From the NCBI GenBank assembly GCA_963790475.1, contig CAWBOS010000011.1, forward strand, positions 64,001 to 128,000: a stretch of 64,000 nt of DNA, given 5' to 3'. Every line of letters begins with the position of its first letter. The first letter of the stretch is position 1. Source of the DNA: an uncultured delta proteobacterium. Lineage in GTDB: Bacteria > Desulfobacterota > RBG-13-43-22. The position numbers and the translations under genes were made by a program. The notes below the pieces were generated by a model. That model saw nothing but the letters and a program-made list of their open reading frames with translations. It had not been told where the DNA came from and searched no databases. This document shows positions 30,999 to 40,880 of the stretch, one piece after another.

Positions 30999-31851
30999 AT
31001 TCAACTCCAAATAGGCCCCGGGGCCTGAACAGAAAAACAGCAATGACCATGATAAACGAGGCCACTTCGGCGATGGGTCCTAAATAGGTCACTCCGATGG
31101 ATTCCATGAATCCGATCAGGAGACCGGCCAGAATGGACCCTTCGATACTTCCCATTCCCCCTACCGCTACAATGAGTAAAGCTTTGAAAACGAGGCTGCC
31201 TCCCATAAAAGGGTTGATATAAAAAAGAGGCGTAATAACCGCTCCGGCAAAGGCGGCCAGGAAAGAGGCTATACCCATGACCAGAAAGCGGATGGATCGA
31301 ATATTTATCCCCTGAAGACTGGCCACCTTGGGATTTTCGGCCAGAGCCCGGATGGCAATACCCTGTTTGGTTTTTTGAATCCATAGATACAGGCCTATAA
31401 CGACAATCCCGCATAAGACAACCACCATGATACGTTCCAGGGAAAGGGTGGCCCCCATCAGGGAAACGGTCCCTGTAAAATAGGAACCGATCGAAACGTC
31501 TTCCCCTTCAAAAATGAAAGCCAATATTCCTTCCAGGACCATACTCACTCCGAGTATCGCCCCCAAGGAGGCTACCTTGACCTTGTTGGTCAAGGGATAC
31601 AAGATGGCCCACTCGATTAAGATCCCCAATCCGCCTACACCCCCCATAGCCAGGAGTGTGGCCAGGAAATAATTAACGCCTGCCCATTTGGACAAGGCGT
31701 AGACGAGGTAAGCCCCACAAATATAGAGCGTTCCATGGGCAAAGTTCAGTACCCGCAAAATCCCGAAGATTAAACTGAGACCCAGAGCCAGTAAAATATA
31801 ATTAGCGGATAAAACAAGGCTGTTGAGAATGGCTTGCATCAATTCGGTCAT
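30985..31851 (-). CDS. livH: Liv-type ABC permease
   Basis: ALGLSLIFG....NFAHG, G.AIRA..EN, GGMGS, RP.GLFG. Confidence 0.88.
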   Translation of the reverse strand: MTELMQAILNSLVLSANYILLALGLSLIFGILRVLNFAHGTLYICGAYLVYALSKWAGVNYFLATLLAMGGVGGLGILIEWAILYPLTNKVKVASLGAILGVSMVLEGILAFIFEGEDVSIGSYFTGTVSLMGATLSLERIMVVVLCGIVVIGLYLWIQKTKQGIAIRALAENPKVASLQGINIRSIRFLVMGIASFLAAFAGAVITPLFYINPFMGGSLVFKALLIVAVGGMGSIEGSILAGLLIGFMESIGVTYLGPIAEVASFIMVIAVFLFRPRGLFGVEYEFH

Positions 31852-31924
31852 GATGATTCATTCCTCTATTAAGGTCATTCGAGAGAGAAAGCGAAATCTA
31901 ACCATAGAATTAGGGTGAAAGAAT

Positions 31925-33118
31925 CTAAGGGGTCACCTCCATAAAACTTTCTAAATATTTCACCTGCCCCTTCCCGACAATCTCACTGTACGGTACGGGA
32001 ACCGTCATATGGTTCTTAATCCCATAAGTTTTTTCACCGCCGGCCCGCAAAGGAGTTTTATGAAAGCTGCGAAACTCCATGGTCCGGAGTACCTTCAGGA
32101 TCGCATCCGAATCAAGGCTTTGAGCTTTCTCAATGGCCATTAAAAGGATATGGGGTCCCATAGAATAGGCCATGTCCGTGGTTTTCATATTAGGGCATTG
32201 CTTCTCATAATATTTCTCCTGCTCCACACCCAAAGGGCTATTTTCCTCCGGGGAGACCATGATGCCCACAAACCCTTTGGAGGCTTCAACTCCGGCGATA
32301 TCCTGCCATTTTTCCAGATCACCGGGCATGGAGGTTGGATAACCGATACGCCCCTTGTACCCCAGTTCCCGCGATTGTTTGACGATCAAGGCCGCCGACC
32401 CCGGAGGCACTTTCAAATGTAAATAATCCGGATTAGACTTTAAGGATTTACTTAAGAAAGGATAAAAATCCTTTGTTCCGGGAGGAACCAAAACAAAGTC
32501 TTTTATGATCAACCCCCTTTTCTTTTCATTTTTAAGGGCTCCCTCTTTGGCAAGTTTTCCCACCAGATCATCGGTAAAAATATACAAGACACTCTTGCAG
32601 CGGAACTTCTCCCTCATCAGAGAACACAAGGCTTCGCTTCTTTCCTCGTCACTGGAGGCCACTCTGAAAAGATAAGGCCACTCCGGTTTTGGGTTCCAGG
32701 TCGGCCCTCCGATAACCGCCAATTTTTTTTCTTTGGTGGACAAGGGTGCCCAACCGGAAATCGGTTCGGCCCCGAAAGAACCCACTAAAAAATCGACTTT
32801 ATCGGTATAAAGAAGTTTTTCAGCCGCCGTCCGCCCGCCGGCGACGGTATATTTGTCATCGGCAGAGATCATTTCAATCTTGTAATTTTGTCCTTTGACC
32901 GTAATCCCCCCCCGGTCATTAAAAAATTTTTGCAGGGATTCCATAGTACACTTGGTATTCAGCCCCCACTGGGCGGCCGGTCCGGTCAGAGGGTTTATCA
33001 CCCCCAATTTGAGGATCTTACTTTCAGCCTGTACGGAGTAAACGACTGCCCACCCCAAGATAAAGGTCCCAATGAACAAACCTCCCATTACCTTCAAGAA
33101 AAACTTTTTCCCTGCCAT
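31925..33118 (-). CDS. Liv-type ABC substrate-binding protein
   Basis: Signal peptide, LGVI.PLTGPAA.WG, N.RGGI, ADD.Y, DF.P.L. Confidence 0.88.
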   Translation of the reverse strand: MAGKKFFLKVMGGLFIGTFILGWAVVYSVQAESKILKLGVINPLTGPAAQWGLNTKCTMESLQKFFNDRGGITVKGQNYKIEMISADDKYTVAGGRTAAEKLLYTDKVDFLVGSFGAEPISGWAPLSTKEKKLAVIGGPTWNPKPEWPYLFRVASSDEERSEALCSLMREKFRCKSVLYIFTDDLVGKLAKEGALKNEKKRGLIIKDFVLVPPGTKDFYPFLSKSLKSNPDYLHLKVPPGSAALIVKQSRELGYKGRIGYPTSMPGDLEKWQDIAGVEASKGFVGIMVSPEENSPLGVEQEKYYEKQCPNMKTTDMAYSMGPHILLMAIEKAQSLDSDAILKVLRTMEFRSFHKTPLRAGGEKTYGIKNHMTVPVPYSEIVGKGQVKYLESFMEVTP

Positions 33119-33401
33119 GACCCCTCCTTAGAATCTTGATATAGGTTAAGGTGTAAAAACCGAAACACTTCCCAAAAAACTGACTTTGTTTCCCCTCCAC
33201 CATAGAAAACGGCTGGGTGAAATCCAGGTTGTTCCTGATTCCATAAGGTCCGTCCTCACCGAGAAAAACGATGCAACCCTCGCTATTCAAACCGGCCGGT
33301 GATTCCTATCCCCAAGACGAAAAGCATGCTCCCGAGGTTTGAATCAAGACCTTAAAACTCACCCTTAGTAAAGTAATGAAATTGAATTGGTACCTGTAAA
33401 T

Positions 33402-33891
33402 CTATTTCCAGAGCTCGGTAACAGCCCCGGAAGGGGGAGGGGTTATCACCCATAAATTCTTGGTAACCTGGTCCCCAATCACTTCCCATCGGTGGGGAAG
33501 GGTGGAAAAGAAATGGAGGGTGTCTCCTTTTTTCAAAGGATAAACCTTCCCGTCAATTTCATAGTGTATCTCCCCCTGCAGGCAGAATATGAACTCTTCT
33601 CCTGGATGGGATTCCGGTTTGGCGGAACTCATGGTTCCTTTTTTGAGATGGGTCATCAGGGCCAGCATTTTGGCCCCCTTTAAGCGAAGGGCCAGGTATT
33701 TTATCTGCGTGGTTCCTGAGGTATTTCTAAAAACTTTTCCATTTTCTCTGGGAAGGTATTCAACGTTTTCAACATAATCGAAGGAGCCATTTTTTTCTTC
33801 TAAAAAATAGCCGATCTTTTCCTCCAAAGCATCAGCGATCTTCATCAGAACGGTTACCGTCGGGGTCATCTCACTGCGTTCCAGCTTGTGG
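33402..33891 (-). pseudogene. XRE-cupin transcriptional regulator, 3' part (interrupted)
   Basis: HKLERSEMTPTVTVL.KIA.AL then cupin H.GEEF...F.S..PH. Joins in frame to 36335..36459. Confidence 0.88.
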
Positions 33892-34052
33892 TTCAAGTAA
33901 GCCGCTGTGCGGCAGAACCGTTTCTATGTAATCCTTCCTGAAAAATCTCTTCAGAAGTCCATTCGATAGGACGCATACCGTTTAGTCCAGTATGATACTT
34001 CAAACCCCCTCCTCATAGGAAGGGGAAATCCATCCTTATAAGGAGAAGTATC

Positions 34053-34940
34053 ATGATGAACAATTGGTATGACAAAACGATCCAAGCTCTTCAACTCAAC
34101 GGTAAAGGGGAACGCACCCAGGAAGCCTACGCCCGCTCCGTCCGCATGCTCACCCAGTTTTATAACAAAACTCCTGATTCCATCAGCGAACAGGAACTTC
34201 AGGATTATTTTCTTCAACGGAAAAATGTCGATAAGTGGGCCCCCAATACCATGCGGATATGCTATTGCGGCATACGCTTCTTTTTTGAAAAAGTACTCCA
34301 GCGCAACTGGCACATCCTCGGAATCCTCCGAGCCCAAACCGAACGAAGACTCCCGGCCGTCTTGAGCGTTGAAGAAGTCCGTAAACTCCTGGCCCAGGTT
34401 AAAACCTTCCAGAACTATGCCTATCTTTCCACCGTCTACTCCTGCGGTCTGAGACTTCAGGAGGGACTCTATCTCGAAGTCTCCGATATCGATAGTGACC
34501 GGATGATGATCCATATCCACCGGGGCAAAGGCGCCAAAGATCGCTATGTCCCTCTCCCCCAATCCACTCTCAGCCTGCTCCGTCGCTATTGGGTCACCCA
34601 CCGTCATCCTGCCCTCCTTTTTCCAGCCATCGGCCGAACCAGACAAGGCGTCAAGGAAGCTAAAACGCCCATGGCCAAAAGCAGTGTCCAAGGGGCCTTC
34701 CGTCGAGCCAAGTTTGCTGCCGGAATCCACAAAAAAATGGTCTCTGTTCATACCCTCCGGCACTCTTATGCCACCCATCTGCTTGAGGCCGGCGTCAACC
34801 TTCGGGTCATCCAAAGATACATGGGCCACGGCCAATTGGAAACGACCATGGTCTATTTGCATCTCACTCAAAAAGGTCAAGAGGATGCCTGCCAGTTGAT
34901 CAATCAGGTGATGGGGGGCTTAGACCATGACCACCATTAA
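34053..34940 (+). CDS. Tyrosine recombinase with N-terminal SAM-like domain
   Basis: YSCGLR, GKGAKDR, HTLRHSYATHL, MGH, TTMVY. Confidence 0.93.
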   Translation: MMNNWYDKTIQALQLNGKGERTQEAYARSVRMLTQFYNKTPDSISEQELQDYFLQRKNVDKWAPNTMRICYCGIRFFFEKVLQRNWHILGILRAQTERRLPAVLSVEEVRKLLAQVKTFQNYAYLSTVYSCGLRLQEGLYLEVSDIDSDRMMIHIHRGKGAKDRYVPLPQSTLSLLRRYWVTHRHPALLFPAIGRTRQGVKEAKTPMAKSSVQGAFRRAKFAAGIHKKMVSVHTLRHSYATHLLEAGVNLRVIQRYMGHGQLETTMVYLHLTQKGQEDACQLINQVMGGLDHDHH

Positions 34941-36027
34941 TGAGATCTTTCGAACCTTCGGCCCCCAATACCTGGGGCGCTACGGTCAGACTATGCCTAA
35001 AATACACCGCCAGGTCATCGAGGCCATCATCGGCTGCCGTACCGAAGCCTGCGGCCTCGTCCTATACCAGTGTGAAAAATGCGGCCAGTCCCATCTGATC
35101 TATCGTTCCTGCGGCAATCGCCATTGCCCCACTTGTCAACACCATAAAACCCAACAGTGGTTGGATAAACAGATAAAGCATCAACTTCCCGGACATCATT
35201 TCATGATGACCTTTACCGTCCCCGAACAACTGCGCCGCTTTATACGGAAAAATCAGAGGGTGGCTTATTCCGCCTTGTTCAAAGCCTCCTCCGAGGCCAT
35301 CAAAAAGCTGGCTCCGGACGAAAAATACATCGGCGGTGATCTTCCGGGATTCCTCGGGGTCCTTCATACCTGGGGACGTACCTTGGAGTATCACCCCCAT
35401 ATCCATTACATCGTCCCCGGCGGAGCCCTCTCCACCACTGACGGTCTCTGGCATCCCTCAAGGATCGATTTTTATCTCCCGGTCAGAGCCCTCTCCAAAA
35501 TCTTTAAGGCCAAGTTCAAAAAGGCCATGAAAGAAGTCGGTCTCTTCGAGCAAATCCCTACTGAGGTCTGGCAGATCGACTGGAACGTCAACTCTCAAGC
35601 CGTAGGTTCCTCCGAAGCCAGCCTAAAATACCTCGCCCCTTATGTCTTCAAAGTGGCGATCTCCAATTCCCGCATCCTCAAGGTGGAAAACAACACCGTC
35701 TTCTTCCGATACACCAAACCTCATAGCCATCGGTTGAGGACTATGGCCCTCGGTTCCATGGAATTCCTCCGCCGTTTCCTTCAGCATGTCCTGCCCACCG
35801 GATTCATGAAAATCCGCTATTACGGCTTCATGAACCCCAATTGCTCGGTCCCTTTCGAAAGAATATCTACCCTCATTCAAATGGCCTATTCCTTCGTCTT
35901 GAAGATGCCCGAATATCAGCAAAGCCCTTCTCCAACTCCCATCTGTCCCAACTGCGGCGGAACCCTCAGATACCTCGTATCCTTCATCCCCGGTCTCACT
36001 CCTCAATTGACCCTGGACAGTTCTTGA
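34927..36027 (+). CDS. IS91-family transposase (Zn-binding + Y2 HUH)
   Basis: CEKC...SCGNRHCPTC, LHTWG, HPHIH, YLAPYV, HVLP.GF.KIRYYG. Confidence 0.93.
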   Translation: MTTINEIFRTFGPQYLGRYGQTMPKIHRQVIEAIIGCRTEACGLVLYQCEKCGQSHLIYRSCGNRHCPTCQHHKTQQWLDKQIKHQLPGHHFMMTFTVPEQLRRFIRKNQRVAYSALFKASSEAIKKLAPDEKYIGGDLPGFLGVLHTWGRTLEYHPHIHYIVPGGALSTTDGLWHPSRIDFYLPVRALSKIFKAKFKKAMKEVGLFEQIPTEVWQIDWNVNSQAVGSSEASLKYLAPYVFKVAISNSRILKVENNTVFFRYTKPHSHRLRTMALGSMEFLRRFLQHVLPTGFMKIRYYGFMNPNCSVPFERISTLIQMAYSFVLKMPEYQQSPSPTPICPNCGGTLRYLVSFIPGLTPQLTLDSS

Positions 36028-36334
36028 ACGGTCTTCCTAAGACCCCCTTCTTAAATCCAAAATGTCAAAGAACTAAAGCGGTAGGGACTCCTATGTCCAG
36101 AGTCCTAAAAATCGATGGGTGCTTTTATCTGATCAGTGAAAAAAGGTATTGCCGTGCTTCGTAAGGTAAGTTCTTAGTCCTTTTCCTGTTCCCTGAGTCT
36201 ATTTATAAGCTTTTTATCCTCTCCTCAGTTCGTCCCCCTTCGAACCTTTACCCTTTATAGATCGTCATTATTTATCCGGGCTTCTTGAACAATGGATTGA
36301 AACGACCTTTCAGGATCGTCTCAATCCTTATTGG

Positions 36335-36459
36335 ATAGTGGTCACTGAAACCCCTGCCTTTTCAGCCAACTGATTCAAAGACAGGTCTTTTTGTTTTCGA
36401 AGATGGGCGATCTTTCCGCCGATCGATGAAACGATTTTCTCGATTAATATTTCTTTCAT
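36335..36459 (-). pseudogene. XRE-cupin regulator, 5' part (HTH start)
   Basis: MKEILIEKIVSSIGGKIAHLRKQKDLSLNQLAEKAGVSVTT. Reconstructed gene is 204 aa. Confidence 0.85.
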
Positions 36460-36751
36460 TGGTAAACTTGATTATTTGGGATTGGCCATAAAATATAGTA
36501 AATGATTTATTAAATTATAGTTTCTCTTGTCAAGAAAAAAAATGGTCAAATTCTTTGGACAGGCTATTATAGTCCCGGGAGGAAAAGGCTTTTGATTCGC
36601 ACTGAATTTAAATTTACTTTTAATTTGAGATGGTATAAAAGAATCCAGTAGTCAGGGCCAGGGGAAAGGGCGATGTGACCCTCTTCCCGGGCCGGCTCCT
36701 TTTATTCGTTCGGATTTTTTACCTGTAATAATTGACTTTCTGGAGGTTCCT

Positions 36752-38080
36752 ATGAATGGCCGATCAGTTGAAGACGTGCTCCGTCTGGTGAAGGATAAGA
36801 ATATTAGTTTTATCCAGTTCTGGTTCACCGATATCCTGGGGCTGTTAAAAAGTTTTGCCGTAACCCCTTCGGAATTAGAGGAAGGGATGACCGAGGGCAT
36901 GGGATTTGACGGCTCCTCCATTGAAGGATTCGCCCGGATTGAAGAGTCCGACATGATCGCCAAACCGGACCCGGCCACTTTCCAAATGATTCCCTGGAGG
37001 GCCGGGGAACAACCTGTAGCCCGAATGTTATGCGATATCCTCGAACCGGATGGGACCCCTTATCCCGGCGATCCCCGGTTTGCCTTTAAACGGTTGCTGG
37101 CCAAAGCCAAGGAGAAAGGATTCACCTTATTTATCGGGCCCGAGTTGGAATACTTTTACTTCCAGGACAGTAACGATACCAATTTCCTGGACCTTGGCGG
37201 ATACTTCGATGCCCGTCCCCTCGATTTGGGTGGAGACCTGAGGCGGGAGACCATCTTCGCCCTTCAGTCCATGGGTATCAAAGTCGAATACAGCCACCAT
37301 GAGGTGGCCCCCAGCCAGCATGAAATCGACCTGCGTTACGCCGAGGGGCTTTCCATGGCCGATATGACCATGACCTACCGTCTGGTCGTCAAGGAGATTG
37401 CCCGAACCAAAGGGGTGTATGCCACCTTCATGCCCAAACCGATCTTCGGACAGAACGGCAGCGGCATGCATACCCACCAGTCTTTGTTTTTAGGAGAAAA
37501 GAATGCCTTTTTCGAACCTAGCGATCCTTTCCATCTTTCTCCCATTGCCAAATGTTATATCGCCGGGCTGATGCGACATGCCCGGGAAATGACGGCCATC
37601 AACAACCAATGGGTCAATTCCTATAAACGGCTGGTGCCCGGGTACGAGGCCCCGGTCTATGTCTCCTGGGCCCGAAGGAACCGTTCCACCATGATCCGGG
37701 TACCCATGTACAAACCGGGAAAGGAAAAGGCCACCCGCATTGAATTCCGCTCCCCCGATCCGGCCTGCAATCCCTATCTTTGTTTTGCCGTCCAACTGGC
37801 CGCCGGACTGGCCGGTATTGAAGGAAACTACCCGTTGCCCGATCCGGTGGAAGAAGATATCTTTGAAATGACCCCGGCCGAACGGGAGGGCAGAGGCATC
37901 AACTCTCTTCCCGGTAACCTTTATGCCGCTGTCGAAGAGCTTAAGAAAAGCACTCTGGTCCGGGAGGCTTTGGGGGATCACATTTTTAATAAATTCATTG
38001 CCAATAAAGAGATCGAATGGGACCACTACCGGACGCATGTCAGCCGGTATGAATTGGATAAATATCTGCCGATATTATAA
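36752..38080 (+). CDS. glnA: Glutamine synthetase type I
   Basis: FDGSSI, GPELE, HHEVAPSQHE, TFMPKP, NGSGMH, SYKRLVPGYEAP, NRS, RIEFR, NPYL. Confidence 0.95.
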   Translation: MNGRSVEDVLRLVKDKNISFIQFWFTDILGLLKSFAVTPSELEEGMTEGMGFDGSSIEGFARIEESDMIAKPDPATFQMIPWRAGEQPVARMLCDILEPDGTPYPGDPRFAFKRLLAKAKEKGFTLFIGPELEYFYFQDSNDTNFLDLGGYFDARPLDLGGDLRRETIFALQSMGIKVEYSHHEVAPSQHEIDLRYAEGLSMADMTMTYRLVVKEIARTKGVYATFMPKPIFGQNGSGMHTHQSLFLGEKNAFFEPSDPFHLSPIAKCYIAGLMRHAREMTAINNQWVNSYKRLVPGYEAPVYVSWARRNRSTMIRVPMYKPGKEKATRIEFRSPDPACNPYLCFAVQLAAGLAGIEGNYPLPDPVEEDIFEMTPAEREGRGINSLPGNLYAAVEELKKSTLVREALGDHIFNKFIANKEIEWDHYRTHVSRYELDKYLPIL

Positions 38081-38636
38081 TCAGTTGATTATTAAATAGG
38101 TTCCCCTCATACCCTTTTGGTCTCCAAGAGATCTATAGGGTAAATCGGACGGTTTAGATTCCTTCAAACTAACCGAGATAGATTTTTTACATAATTGTTA
38201 TATTTTATATATTATTAGTTACAATTTTGTTAATTATTTTTTTAATTCAGCATCGTTTTCAGCTCAGCTAAAGATCGCTGGAAAATCTTATTATTACTAA
38301 TTTTCAATAAAATTAAATAGGTTGAAATATTTTTCTCTGGAAATTTTATAGAAATTCCTGTATATTTCCACATTGGTAATCTTTTTGCATTCCAAGTCTT
38401 CGGGTAGTTGTCGAACAGACCAGCCCTGAACTTTCAGAATCAACAGCCTATTAGGTGGAAAACCTCGTGTATCTGAAAATCCCATCTATGGACTTCCGTT
38501 GCCAATAGTGGGGACGGACTTGGTCTGATGGATCGTATTGAAATAATCTTTTGCAGAAACCTAAGGGCAAAAGTTCAAAGTTGTAATTCTTGCTTTCAGC
38601 CTTGAGCCTGGGGCTGTCAGCCTTAGAAAGACCGGT

Positions 38637-39056
38637 ATGAATAAAGAAAATATGGAATTAAATGTGTCCATCTTTTTTTGCCAGCAATTGGACCCGGATC
38701 AGGACAGCAATCGACGGGTCATCGAAAAAGAATTAGGACCCCGGATCAAATTTTTCCCTCTGCCCTGCAGCGGGCGGATAGAACCGCTCCACTTCCTGCG
38801 GGCCTTTGAGGCAGGAGCGGATCTGGTCTATCTGATCACCTGTCCGATAAAAGTCTGCCGGTATCAGCAGGGCAATGTACGGGCGGGGAAACGGATTGGC
38901 TATGCTAAAAAATTGATCCGTGAAATCGGACTGGATCCGGAACGGTTGATTCTAATAACCACCGATCCTCCTCTGCCCAAAAAAATTGATATACTGACCC
39001 GGGAATTATTAACCAAGGCCCCCGTTACGGGGCATTCTTTGCTGGACCGGTTGTAA
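38637..39056 (+). CDS. mvhD: MvhD/FlpD-like 2Fe-2S subunit
   Basis: FFC, LPCSGRI, GAD, C....C.Y..GN, IGL.PERL. Confidence 0.8.
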   Translation: MNKENMELNVSIFFCQQLDPDQDSNRRVIEKELGPRIKFFPLPCSGRIEPLHFLRAFEAGADLVYLITCPIKVCRYQQGNVRAGKRIGYAKKLIREIGLDPERLILITTDPPLPKKIDILTRELLTKAPVTGHSLLDRL

Positions 39057-39194
39057 CCGGGCGAGGGGCAGAAAGCAGAGGCCTGGCGTAGGGCTAAGGG
39101 CCAAAACCAAGCATGATATCGTACCTTTGTTTACTGAAAGAGGCCCTGAAAAATAAGAATGGAAGAATCGAATTAGCTGAACGGAGAAAAACCA

Positions 39195-39863
39195 ATGATA
39201 ACTGCCGAGAGAAAACCCATTGATGAGATCATTGCCATGATATCCCCTTTTAAAAAGGTGTTGATCGTCGGCTGCGCCAGTTGCGTGGGCGAGTGTGCCG
39301 CAGGGGGAGAAAAGGAGGTCGGGCTTCTCGGATCGGCCCTGCGGATGGACGCCCGAATGACCACCAGGGAACTGGAAACACGGGAAATGACCTTGGAACG
39401 TCAATGTGTTTATGAATTTATTGATCAACTGACCGGGTTGGCGGACCAATATGACGCCATCCTTTCCTTGGCCTGTGGGGCCGGAGTACAGGCCGTGGCA
39501 GAGGTCTTTCCCAATATTCCTATCCTGCCAGCCCTGAACACTTCTTTCCTGGGACAAACCAAAGAGCCGGGCCTTTGGCTGGAAAATTGCCGAGGCTGCG
39601 GGGATTGCCGACTTCATCTGTTTGCCGATATCTGTCCGGTCACCCGCTGCGCCAAGCAAATCTTTAACGGACCTTGTGGCGGTTCTCAGGACGGGAAGTG
39701 CGAAGTCAATCCGGAGACCCCTTGTGCCTGGCATCTGATCGTGACCCGGCTGGAGGAAAGGAATCAACTGGATCTTCTGGAGGAGGTTTATGCTCCGGCT
39801 GACTGGTCCAAAAAGCAAGGGGCCGGACCTCGAAAAATCATCAGGGAGGATCAACAAAATTGA
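39195..39863 (+). CDS. metV: MetV Fe-S partner of methylene-THF reductase
   Basis: GC..C...C..GG, ERQC, ACGAG.Q, C.GCG.C, CP..RC.K...NGPCGG, CEV...C.W. Confidence 0.88.
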   Translation: MITAERKPIDEIIAMISPFKKVLIVGCASCVGECAAGGEKEVGLLGSALRMDARMTTRELETREMTLERQCVYEFIDQLTGLADQYDAILSLACGAGVQAVAEVFPNIPILPALNTSFLGQTKEPGLWLENCRGCGDCRLHLFADICPVTRCAKQIFNGPCGGSQDGKCEVNPETPCAWHLIVTRLEERNQLDLLEEVYAPADWSKKQGAGPRKIIREDQQN

Positions 39864-40783
39864 AAACCGAAAGTCAACTAAGAAAGGTATTAGCCGCCGG
39901 CCGATTTGCCGTTACCGCCGAATGCGGGCCTCCCAAGGGGGCCGATCCTGAGGCTATCATTAAAAAAGGCCGCATCCTTAAAGGCTATGTGGATAGTGTC
40001 AATGTCACCGATAACCAGACCGGGGTCGTCCGCCTCTCCAGCCTGGCGGCCTGCGTTCTCCTTCTTCAGGAAGGGCTCGATCCTGTGCTCCAGATGGTGG
40101 TCCGGGACCGGAACCGCATCGCCCTCCAGTCCGACATCCTGGGGGCCTCGGCCCTGGGGATCCGGAACGTCCTTTGTTTGAGCGGCGATCATCAATGCTT
40201 CGGCAATCAATCTCAGGCCATTGGGGTGTTTGATCTGGATTCGATCCAATTCATCCAGGCAGTCCGCCGGATGCGGGATGAGGGTCAAATTATCGGCGGC
40301 GTGGCGGTCAGCCCTCCTCCGGACCTTTTTATCGGCGCGGCCGCCAACCCCTTTGCCGACCCCTTTTTCTATCGGGTGATCCGATTGGCCAAGAAGGTCA
40401 AGGCCGGCGCCGAATTTATCCAAACCCAGTGCATTTACAATCTCGACCGCTTTAAAGAGTGGATGGCTCAAGTGGAAGACCGGGGACTTCATGAAAAAGT
40501 GCATGTACTGGGCGGAATCACCCCCTTGAAATCAGCGAAGATGGCTGAATATATGAAAAGTCAGGTAGCCGGAATGGACATCCCGGAGGCATTAATCAAG
40601 CGTATGAAAGCCGCGCCGGCCAAGGGACAAAGACAGGAAGGGATCAAAATCAGCATAGAAACCATCCAGGCCCTTAAAGAACTGGAAGGGGTCCATGGGG
40701 TCCATATCATGGCCATCGAATGGGAAGAGGCCGTTCCCCAAATCGTTGAACAGGCCGGGCTGTTACCAAGGCCAACAATTTAA
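39860..40783 (+). CDS. metF: Methylenetetrahydrofolate reductase
   Basis: E..PPKG, TDNQ, RDRNRIALQSD, LSGD, KK..AGA.FIQTQ, G.H.M. Confidence 0.92.
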   Translation: MKTESQLRKVLAAGRFAVTAECGPPKGADPEAIIKKGRILKGYVDSVNVTDNQTGVVRLSSLAACVLLLQEGLDPVLQMVVRDRNRIALQSDILGASALGIRNVLCLSGDHQCFGNQSQAIGVFDLDSIQFIQAVRRMRDEGQIIGGVAVSPPPDLFIGAAANPFADPFFYRVIRLAKKVKAGAEFIQTQCIYNLDRFKEWMAQVEDRGLHEKVHVLGGITPLKSAKMAEYMKSQVAGMDIPEALIKRMKAAPAKGQRQEGIKISIETIQALKELEGVHGVHIMAIEWEEAVPQIVEQAGLLPRPTI

Positions 40784-40880
40784 AAAACGGTCCAAGGTGT
40801 AAGGTTAGGGTTTTTTCCTTTCGTGCTTTTACCTTGAACCTTGGACCTTGCACCTTAGATTTTTATACCGAGGTTTTATT

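Larger units (their letters stand above)
33892..36334 (+). mobile_element. 2,443-bp two-gene element: tyrosine recombinase + IS91-type HUH (Y2) transposase
   Basis: Removal restores ...VSVTTIHKLERSE... of the XRE gene exactly. TGG occurs at both junctions, so the boundary is ambiguous by up to 3 nt. Confidence 0.9.

Noticed and set aside
33951-34880. 309-aa ORF antisense to the tyrosine recombinase
   Set aside because: Antisense shadow with no independent evidence.
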